From Saprospiraceae bacterium (GTDB lineage: Bacteria; Bacteroidota; Bacteroidia; Chitinophagales; Saprospiraceae): a stretch of DNA of 64,000 nucleotides. This document shows positions 56,823 through 64,000 of this stretch, piece after piece. The position numbers and the translations under genes were made by a program. Location of the stretch: positions 56,434-120,433 of the forward strand of contig JBGTGP010000051.1 of the NCBI GenBank assembly GCA_041746735.1. The letters run 5' to 3'. The notes under the pieces were generated by a model that did no database searches, was not told where the DNA came from, and saw nothing but the letters and a program-made list of their open reading frames with translations. Every line of letters starts with the position of its first letter. Within the stretch, counting starts at the first letter, position 1.

Positions 56823-57430
56823 GGACGGATTTCGACTCAAAAACACATGTAGGATTTTAATAATACGTTGTTTCGCAAATGGCTATAGCCCAATAACAAC
56901 AGGCATCCAGCGACGGATTTCGACGAAATCAGTCCAAGAGAACATATTAAATGTTTCAATAATACGTTATTCTGAAAATGGCTACAGCCCAATATCCACA
57001 GCCAACCAGCGACGGATTTCGACGAAATCAGTCGGAGAGAACATATTATATATTTAAATAATACGTTGCTTTAAAAATGGCTACAGCCCAATATCCACAG
57101 CCAACCAGCGACGGATTTCGACGAAATCAGTCCAAGAGAACATATTAAATGTTTCAATAATACGTTATTCTGAAAATGGCTACAGCCCAATAACCACAGC
57201 CATCCAGCGACGGATTTCGACGAAATCAGTCGGAGAGAACATATTATATATTTAAATAATACGTTGCTTTAAAAATGGCTACAGCCCAATAACCACAGCC
57301 ATCCAGCGACGGATTTCGACGAAATCAGCCGGGTCAAACATTCCAGAAAAACCAACAATTTCTACCCTGAAAATCCTCCACATCCCAATAATACCAACCA
57401 AACCCCGGCGTATTGCGCCGAAATCAGCCC
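56823..57430 (-). repeat. Array B: the same 99-bp repeat family in inverted orientation, four intact units flanked by decayed ones
   Basis: CGACGGATTTCGACGAAATCAG at 56911, 57010, 57109, 57208 and 57307, exactly 99-bp phase. Decayed copies at 56823 and 57406. The core is the exact reverse complement of the array A core. Confidence 0.95.
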
Positions 57431-57476
57431 AAGCCATCATACCCCACCATACTCCTATTGAAACCGCCGAAAACCC

Positions 57477-58616
57477 CTACTCCCCTATTCCCAACCACGA
57501 CTTCACCGCACCTACCAACTGCTTCTGGATATTTGGATTCGCTCCAACCGCCAATATTACCGATATCAGCAAACCAATCAACGCCGACCCCACATCTTTT
57601 AGAATAATCCGTAGGGCCTTAAACTTATGCGTATATCCCGTCTTGATCCGCGAAAGACTGATCGCAATCTCCCGCCCACCAATCACACCCAAAAAGACCC
57701 ACGTCGTACTCATCGGGACCGTACTGATAAACAATTTATAAATCAACATCACCACATAACTGAAGTCAATCAGCGTCGCCGCCCGAACATCCGATATACG
57801 GGACTTCTCACTCACAATCCGTTGGATCTTATCTCCCTTGAGGTACAACAATAAGCCTAACCCAAAAAAGATCGTCCCCCCGAAGATGAGAAACTGAAGC
57901 GTATCCAACCGCCGCGGTAAAAAAACCGCCACATTGGCCCCATCCTGCATCACCCAGACCGACCACAAACACCCGCTGACGATCCACTGGATCACCGTCC
58001 AGGCAGGATTGGTCTTTCGCTGGCTAAAATATTTTTTAATCAGATTGTACCCCAGATACCAGATCAGAAAGGAAACCATAAACGCCAACCCATATCCCGA
58101 AAGACTCTTGCCAATGATGGACGTAATCCCCGTTGCATCCACACTAAACACACTCAACATCAAAAATGTCGTCGATACCGGCATCCGCAGCCGCGTCAGA
58201 ACCAACAAAACGATAGGCGCAATAATCTGGAAAAAACTGAACTCCTCCGGGTGAGGATACTTGGTGACCCCCTCATCATTCAGTAATCGCTGGTACGTCA
58301 CATCACCATCATAGTAAAACCAACTAAACGTGACGGTGATCAAAAAAATACCCCCAATAAACAGCCACATTATCCACCACTTCCTCTTTTTGTTGCTTTC
58401 AATAAATGTCCCCAGGGATTGAATACTGTCATTGGCCACTGTCGAATACGCCGCAAATAAAAATCCCACCCACATCGCCGACCGGCCAAAATAGACCATC
58501 ACAGATGCCAGCAATGCTCCCGTCAGTACAATCAGTAAAAATGTCCGCTCGGTCACCAGGTAATCCAGAACGTTGAGCGGCCGGTTGGCCCGGGGTGCTT
58601 TCCTTAGCTTGGACAT
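57477..58616 (-). CDS. polytopic membrane protein, distant PiT/PHO4 (inorganic phosphate transporter)-like
   Basis: Duplicated PiT-like signatures: VANDSIQSLGT and QDGANVAVF (GANDVAN-like), PVSTTF and PMSTTW..GVIGG (PVSTTH..G-like). Confidence 0.45.
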   Translation of the reverse strand: MSKLRKAPRANRPLNVLDYLVTERTFLLIVLTGALLASVMVYFGRSAMWVGFLFAAYSTVANDSIQSLGTFIESNKKRKWWIMWLFIGGIFLITVTFSWFYYDGDVTYQRLLNDEGVTKYPHPEEFSFFQIIAPIVLLVLTRLRMPVSTTFLMLSVFSVDATGITSIIGKSLSGYGLAFMVSFLIWYLGYNLIKKYFSQRKTNPAWTVIQWIVSGCLWSVWVMQDGANVAVFLPRRLDTLQFLIFGGTIFFGLGLLLYLKGDKIQRIVSEKSRISDVRAATLIDFSYVVMLIYKLFISTVPMSTTWVFLGVIGGREIAISLSRIKTGYTHKFKALRIILKDVGSALIGLLISVILAVGANPNIQKQLVGAVKSWLGIGE

Positions 58617-58810
58617 CTTACTTACAAAATCAGGTGGTTACACATATTATTAAGCGGCGCAAAGATAGACCCTCCTCCCTTCCTCCATCTAAGACTTCGC
58701 TCAAGTTATTGTTAATTCCTTAAGGTTCAATTTCCAAAATTTTTACATCCCCTTTACATTGCCCACATCTCGACAGATTTCATCCTAATAGCCCTGCCTG
58801 GTAATTCCGG

Positions 58811-60010
58811 TTACATTCGTTTCATTGCAAGTACTCCCAATACAGGTCCTGGTAAGAGTAAAAGAAAGATAAACTCAACACGGATAAAAGCTATCATCCA
58901 TGTTACAAGCTGTATACTCAAAACCGTCACACCAAATCCCAGACTCAACACAGCCGTCAGCGCCGTCCCCCTGTATCCATCCGGCACAGTTTGCGTCACC
59001 AACGCAGAAAATTGCGGCGAATCCAGTATGACCACCACCCCCCAAAAAATCAAAAATAACAGCACCACCCAATCTATTGATAAGGTTAATATCCAGGGTG
59101 AAACAGCACAACAAATGCCTGATATCAACAATGCCCTAAAGGCAACTCTATAACTCCCGACCTTGCGTGCTATATATCCACCCTGCACACACCCCAACGC
59201 CCCCGCAGCAATCACCCCAAAAGATATCAAGGCAACGCACTTTTCATCCAATGCTGCTGTGCAAATCGTCCGACCCACCACATACGGTACAAAAGTCCAA
59301 AAGGCATAGAGTTCCCACATATGGCCGAAATATCCAAAGGCAATAGCCCGAAATTCCTTTTGGCTAAATACCTTTAAAAAAGAACCCACTTTAAAGTTGA
59401 AGTGTCTCGTCCGATACGGACCATCCGGTATAAAAAAGTATACCAGCAATCCCCCTGCCACCGACATTAACGACGTGGTCAACATGACGATTCGCCAATC
59501 CCAACCGGTTTGCAAATAAACCAGCAAATGCGGAAATGCCGTACCCAATACCAATGCTCCCACCAGATAACCAAGAGCCTTACCCAACTCATGCTGATAA
59601 TAATCCGCCGCTATCTTCATCCCCACAGGATATACACCGGCGAGAAAAAACCCCGTTAAAAAGCGCGAACCATACATCATGCTCATCTCCCCTTCGGATA
59701 TGACCATGCCTGCACTGCAACAAGCAGCGATAAGGGCACTCACCAGAAACACACCTGAAGGGCTAAACCTGTCCGCAATGGCCAATGCAGCAAAAACCAG
59801 CGTTCCTCCTATAAAGCCAAGCTGTACCGATGTCGTCAAATGACCGATAACTTCCGGCATCAAGCCAAACTCCGCGACAAGATCCCGGATCACGCTGTTG
59901 CCGGCAAACCACAATGAAACACATAAAAACTGAGAGATCACCAACAATACCAATACCCGTGCTCGACCGGGATAGGTCTGTGGCATCGTATCACCTGCCT
60001 GTTGTTTCAC
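58811..60010 (-). CDS. MFS transporter
   Basis: 12 predicted TM helices, about 400 aa. Confidence 0.7.
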   Translation of the reverse strand: MKQQAGDTMPQTYPGRARVLVLLVISQFLCVSLWFAGNSVIRDLVAEFGLMPEVIGHLTTSVQLGFIGGTLVFAALAIADRFSPSGVFLVSALIAACCSAGMVISEGEMSMMYGSRFLTGFFLAGVYPVGMKIAADYYQHELGKALGYLVGALVLGTAFPHLLVYLQTGWDWRIVMLTTSLMSVAGGLLVYFFIPDGPYRTRHFNFKVGSFLKVFSQKEFRAIAFGYFGHMWELYAFWTFVPYVVGRTICTAALDEKCVALISFGVIAAGALGCVQGGYIARKVGSYRVAFRALLISGICCAVSPWILTLSIDWVVLLFLIFWGVVVILDSPQFSALVTQTVPDGYRGTALTAVLSLGFGVTVLSIQLVTWMIAFIRVEFIFLLLLPGPVLGVLAMKRM

Positions 60011-60046
60011 CCGGCTAACTTACGAATACTGCAATTCAACGACAGC

Positions 60047-61786
60047 TCACTGTACCCGTGAGCCGGCAAGTTTGATATCCGCATGTGCCCAAGCTTCTTT
60101 CAGCAAACGGTCTGTGGCTGCAGCCTGGTCAGGCTGCTTGTTGTCCAGATACGCTTTCTTTAAACCACTGAGTGCCCAGCCATTTTTTGGAAAAATCGTC
60201 AGGTCCTCTTTATACAGATCTATAGCCTCTCTGGCTCGTCCGGCATCCAGTAATATCGCTCCCAGATGATGACGCACAGAAAAGAACCAATCTGGTGGTT
60301 CGTTGTAATTCAATGCATCTTCCAGCACGACGGCTTCCTGCAATAATTTGATGCTTTCTTCCATCTTGCCCTCCTGAGCGAATATCTCGCCCTCCAACAC
60401 CTTTATACCAATCTCCACTACACTATACAGCGAATTGATGCCCCATATAGACATTGCTTTGAGCGTATCATCCTGACTGACCTGCTGCAGACGTGTCAAT
60501 TCCGCTTTGGCTTGTTCAATGTCTTGCATACCCAGATGCGCCATGCCTCTTGCATAGTGCATGATAGCTTGTGCGTATACAAGTTGTGAATCCGGTGCCG
60601 GCAACTTCAGTATGTCTTCCCAGGTGCCAAACTTGACATGCACGAAATAGGGTGTGACATAATAATGTTGAAGCGTAGCCAGATCGGGGATCAGCATACC
60701 TGTGTGGTTGACATGTCTGGCCATCTTGTGTGCTGCATCAATCGCCCATTCCTTCTTTCCTTCCAGCGTAGCCGTCGCCGTCAGAAAATGATAATTGTGC
60801 GGATAATAGGCCAGCGGGTAAGCGCCTTGCGCATGACATTGCGTCACGTACATACTGTCTTGTTTCAGGGCATTAATATTGGCCAGGGAGCCAAAGTGAT
60901 AATCCCCAGTGTTGATATAGATATGCGACGGCATGTGCACCAGATGGCCTGCCTTGGCCACAAGACCGTCATCAAATTTCTTTGCACTGACCAATGCTTT
61001 CTCTGGCGTAGGAGAGGCTTCCCAGGCATGTATGTTATAGTGATGTCCACCGGGATGATCGGGATCCAGCCGGATACATACATCGATAGCGCGTATGATC
61101 TCCTGTGTCCAGGGCCGGGGTGTCCCGTCTTTTTCCCATAAATCCCATGGATGCATATCCATCAACGATTCAGCATAGATGGCCGCGATATTGATATCGT
61201 CCGGATAACGGTGATGCATGACTTTCATCGCCTCCATAAAGGCACTGTCGAGGTGTCGCCGGTCATCGGGGACTTCACGGCTATACCGCAGGACCATAGC
61301 TTCAATCAGATCCCTTTCTTTTTGTGTAGCAGAAGTTGACCATTTCCGGGCCTTGAGTACCGCATCATAGGCGCGCGCATAATTGTCAGGTTCCATCCCT
61401 GCATTATAGTTGGGGCCTAAAACAAAAGCATATCCCCAATAACACATCGCACAGGTACTGTCCAACCGACTGGCATGATAAAATGACCTTGCAGCCTCCG
61501 CGTGATTAAACGCATAAGCAAAAAGCAAACCCTGATTGAAAAACTTCTGTGCTTCTGGATTTGTAGTCGTGACCGGATAATGCAATAGATCCATACCTTC
61601 AAACACCGGAGCCGGATCGCCTGTGGCATACCAGTCGGCATCCGACAACTGCGGTGCGCACCGCATCGGGGATGGTGCAAAGATGTCAACCTGTACCGAA
61701 TCTGGTTTGCGGCAGCCTTGAGCCGCGACGATCAGGACAATGAATAGAATTGATGAGTACTTGTGTAAAATGGGAGAACACCTCAT
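60047..61786 (-). CDS. TPR-repeat lipoprotein of unknown function
   Basis: Lipobox AAQGC after ATG 61786. C-terminal TPR-like helices (ALEDALNYNEPPDW..., GRAREAIDLYKEDL). Confidence 0.55.
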   Translation of the reverse strand: MRCSPILHKYSSILFIVLIVAAQGCRKPDSVQVDIFAPSPMRCAPQLSDADWYATGDPAPVFEGMDLLHYPVTTTNPEAQKFFNQGLLFAYAFNHAEAARSFYHASRLDSTCAMCYWGYAFVLGPNYNAGMEPDNYARAYDAVLKARKWSTSATQKERDLIEAMVLRYSREVPDDRRHLDSAFMEAMKVMHHRYPDDINIAAIYAESLMDMHPWDLWEKDGTPRPWTQEIIRAIDVCIRLDPDHPGGHHYNIHAWEASPTPEKALVSAKKFDDGLVAKAGHLVHMPSHIYINTGDYHFGSLANINALKQDSMYVTQCHAQGAYPLAYYPHNYHFLTATATLEGKKEWAIDAAHKMARHVNHTGMLIPDLATLQHYYVTPYFVHVKFGTWEDILKLPAPDSQLVYAQAIMHYARGMAHLGMQDIEQAKAELTRLQQVSQDDTLKAMSIWGINSLYSVVEIGIKVLEGEIFAQEGKMEESIKLLQEAVVLEDALNYNEPPDWFFSVRHHLGAILLDAGRAREAIDLYKEDLTIFPKNGWALSGLKKAYLDNKQPDQAAATDRLLKEAWAHADIKLAGSRVQ

Positions 61787-61908
61787 GATAAAGTGGTGGT
61801 TTACGTAAAAGAAATACACCGGTTTCAACCATAAAGGTCAGTACACGCATCACCATACACAATCCCATAAATTGGGGATAGGAGTTTCAAGCACTCTTCG
61901 TTTCCTGA

Positions 61909-63534
61909 TCAGGATGATTTAGACGACCGGATCACACTCAAATATTTAATCAGTTCTTCTCTGACGCGGGGTGCCAGCAGGAATAAGCCCAGCATATTGG
62001 GAAACACCATCGCGAAGATCATCGCATCTGAAAAGTCAATAACCGCGCCCAACGATGCGGACGCTCCGATGACCACAAAGGCAAGAAATAATACCTTATA
62101 ACTCAGATCAGATGCGCGGCCACGACCGAACAAATACTTCCAGGACTGTAATCCATAATAGGACCAGGATATCATCGTAGAGAATGCAAACAGCACCACC
62201 GCCACGGTCAGCACATACGAGAAATGCGGAATGACAGCATTGTATGCCGCGGAGGTAAGGCCTACACCGGCAGCCGTACTGGTGTCGGCTACTGCACCAT
62301 ATACAAATACGCCATCCATATTGTACAGGACAATCACCAGTGCGGTCATTGTGCAGATCACGACGGTATCAATAAAAGGCTCAAGCAAGGATACCAATCC
62401 TTCCGATGCAGGGTACTTGGTCTTTACTGCAGCATGGGCGATAGATGCCGAACCCGTACCGGCTTCGTTGGAAAAAACAGCCCGGCGAAAGCCCTGGATC
62501 AGCACACCAAAAAATCCACCCACAGCCGCATCCGGTGAAAACGCCGAACGCACGATGAGCATGATCGCATCATCCAACTGCGTAAAATGAAACAAGAGAA
62601 TAATAATTGAAGCAATAACATAGAGTATCGCCATGAAGGGTACTACTTTCTCTGTGACATTCGCGATACGCTTGATCCCGCCAATGATCACCACACCCAC
62701 CATGATCGCCATGACCAGCCCGATAAAGAATCCGGCTGAACCACTCTGGATGCCGGCCATCTGGACGATCTGAGCAGCAGCCTGATTGGCCTGAAACGCA
62801 TTCCCTCCGCCGAAAGAACCGCCGACGCAAAAGATCGCAAAGAGGACTGCCAGTACTTTACCCAGTCCCCCCATATTCATTTCCTTAAGTCCCCGGCTGA
62901 GATAATACATCGGCCCCCCGTGTACTACCCCATTCTTGTCAATATCACGGTATTTCACCCCGAGGGTACATTCGACAAACTTCGAAGACATACCGAGCAG
63001 ACCGCAGATAATCATCCAAAAGGTGGCACCGGGTCCGCCGAGACTCACGGCCACCGCTACCCCGGCTATATTGCCAAGACCAACTGTCCCGGAGACAGCC
63101 GTAGCCAGTGCCTGAAAGTGATTGACTTCACCGATCTGGGACTCGTCCCGGATGGTATCCCGGATATCACCGGTTTCGGTGATATTGACTTCAGCGGACT
63201 TGATCACTCCGCCATTTTGGTCCAGGTAGTCATATTTGCCCCGCACGACGCGCACCGCCAGACCAAACTTCCGGATATTGACAAAAGCAAAATAAAGTGT
63301 GAAGAAAAAAGCTCCACCGACCAGCAGGATGACGACGAAAGGAACAGATATCGTCGGGGTAAATTCAATCGGGTAAAAAACAACCCTGCCCCATGCTTCC
63401 GCGACGGGAGCAAACCATTCATTCACCCGTTCATCAAGACCCCTCTCTGCCGTCTGCGCTTCCTGTGCCCAGGTCAGTAACGGGCTCAATACGGCAATCA
63501 ATAAGGCAATAAGCCGTAGGCTGGTTTTCTTCAT
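61909..63534 (-). CDS. alanine/glycine:cation symporter (AGCS) family
   Basis: [19 protein letters not shown] and [10 protein letters not shown], signatures of sodium:alanine symporters. Confidence 0.85.
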   Translation of the reverse strand: MKKTSLRLIALLIAVLSPLLTWAQEAQTAERGLDERVNEWFAPVAEAWGRVVFYPIEFTPTISVPFVVILLVGGAFFFTLYFAFVNIRKFGLAVRVVRGKYDYLDQNGGVIKSAEVNITETGDIRDTIRDESQIGEVNHFQALATAVSGTVGLGNIAGVAVAVSLGGPGATFWMIICGLLGMSSKFVECTLGVKYRDIDKNGVVHGGPMYYLSRGLKEMNMGGLGKVLAVLFAIFCVGGSFGGGNAFQANQAAAQIVQMAGIQSGSAGFFIGLVMAIMVGVVIIGGIKRIANVTEKVVPFMAILYVIASIIILLFHFTQLDDAIMLIVRSAFSPDAAVGGFFGVLIQGFRRAVFSNEAGTGSASIAHAAVKTKYPASEGLVSLLEPFIDTVVICTMTALVIVLYNMDGVFVYGAVADTSTAAGVGLTSAAYNAVIPHFSYVLTVAVVLFAFSTMISWSYYGLQSWKYLFGRGRASDLSYKVLFLAFVVIGASASLGAVIDFSDAMIFAMVFPNMLGLFLLAPRVREELIKYLSVIRSSKSS

Positions 63535-63773
63535 GGATATTTTATTCTGTTTCGGGCGCTTAAGGTATTTACTTATTTTAGTTTTTAGGTCTTCTGACCA
63601 TTTTTTTTTGTTGAATACAGGCCTTTAGACGACATACTCCGCTTATAGTACAGGCCGCTCGATCCGGACGTGTTGCTGTGAAATACCGCTTCCTGAAAAT
63701 CTGTTATTTTGGCTCCCCAAACCGTCTGCAGTCCGTATTGGACCAGCTTGGCGACTTTTAATGACTTCCGGTT

Positions 63774-64000
63774 ATGAAAAAACTTCCTCTCCATGTACGC
63801 ATCCTCATCGGGATGGCTGCGGGTATTCTTTTGGGTGTCATCGCGATTCGGTTTGATGGCGGTGCGCAGGGAGTGAAAGACTATATCAAGCCTTTCGGCA
63901 CCATTTTTATCAATCTGCTCAAGCTCATCGCTGTGCCCCTGATCCTGGCTTCGCTGGTGAAAGGAGTGTCTGATCTCAAGGACATCAGCAAACTCTCCAA
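63774..64000 (+). CDS. dicarboxylate/amino acid:cation symporter (DAACS, GltP-like), 5' partial, runs off the right edge
   Basis: ATG 63774, open to the window end. MKKLPLHVRILIGMAAGILLGV..FINLLKLIAVPLILASLV is the typical DAACS N-terminus. Not in the ORF track because there is no stop. Confidence 0.7.
   Translation, partial: MKKLPLHVRILIGMAAGILLGVIAIRFDGGAQGVKDYIKPFGTIFINLLKLIAVPLILASLVKGVSDLKDISKLS

Noticed and set aside
56992-57099. DnaA-box-like ATATCCACA (56992-57000, 57091-57099) plus AT-rich stretches in array B as a replication origin
   Set aside because: Only two 8/9 matches to TTATCCACA are present, and the other units have 7/9 or worse. Array A lacks them, and no dnaA/dnaN or other origin-linked genes are nearby. 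I cannot compute genome-wide GC skew. A cumulative GC-skew minimum at this locus would revive the idea.
56823-57430. The 99-bp (33-codon) period suggesting a repetitive protein-coding gene
   Set aside because: The AT-rich part of every unit carries TAA/TAG/TGA triplets. The six-frame track shows no ORF of 60 aa or more crossing more than the edge of either array. The only ORFs touching them (40154-40351, 57413-57607) are low-complexity Gly-rich or Pro-rich translations of skewed flanks.
40130-57476. The 16-kb bracketed segment as a classical mobile element or genomic island
   Set aside because: No integrase, transposase, relaxase, tRNA/tmRNA target or phage genes are present. The cargo is ordinary metabolism, transport and envelope genes. 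Inversion or domain-boundary roles remain possible (see findings), but a canonical mobile element is not supported.
63535-63773. Glycine riboswitch upstream of the alanine/glycine:cation symporter
   Set aside because: This gene family is often glycine-riboswitch controlled, so I read the minus strand here. There are vague resemblances (ACGGUUUGGGGAGCC.., UUCAGGAAG) but no GGAGAG..ACCGAAGGGGCAA..CUCAGG..GGAC core or tandem aptamer. An Infernal scan with RF00504 would settle it.

Overview
The window looks like chromosomal DNA from a Bacteroidota organism. Supporting signals are T9SS/gliding genes (porP/sprF-like, gldK/porK-like), a DUF1573 domain, TAnnTTTG-type -7 boxes and frequent non-ATG starts. 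It is densely packed with about 55 mostly housekeeping or metabolic genes: recG, uvrC, metG, lnt, fumC, rbfA, aat-clpS, hemW, cysQ, mgsA, methylmalonyl-CoA mutase, M1/M16/S9 peptidases, and the hmgA-fahA-hppD homogentisate pathway. I saw no rRNA, tRNA, CRISPR array, transposase, integrase or recognisable defence genes. The features that gene annotation does not explain are non-coding. (1) Two arrays of a 99-bp tandem repeat (40267-40790 and 56823-57430) lie in inverted orientation and bracket a 16-kb, 13-gene segment. They share a perfectly conserved 24-nt near-palindromic core, and array B has a 198-bp higher-order, mosaic structure. (2) Two blocks of G-rich heptamer microsatellite, (GGGTAAA)3 and (GGGGAGT)n, lie between tag and metG. 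(3) The sense strand of several leaders around these repeats is strongly C-rich and G-poor. Other points of interest are a metal ABC permease fused to a complete DtxR-type repressor with no partner genes nearby, and a homogentisate cluster with no recognisable maleylacetoacetate isomerase next to a CXXC CMD-family gene. There is also a translationally coupled Rieske oxygenase-permease-SH3 operon, and an A10 tract inside an OmpA/PD40/DUF1573 gene. All calls rest on reading the sequence and ORF translations by eye, with no searches run. Several ORF-track starts were moved by hand to internal ATGs.
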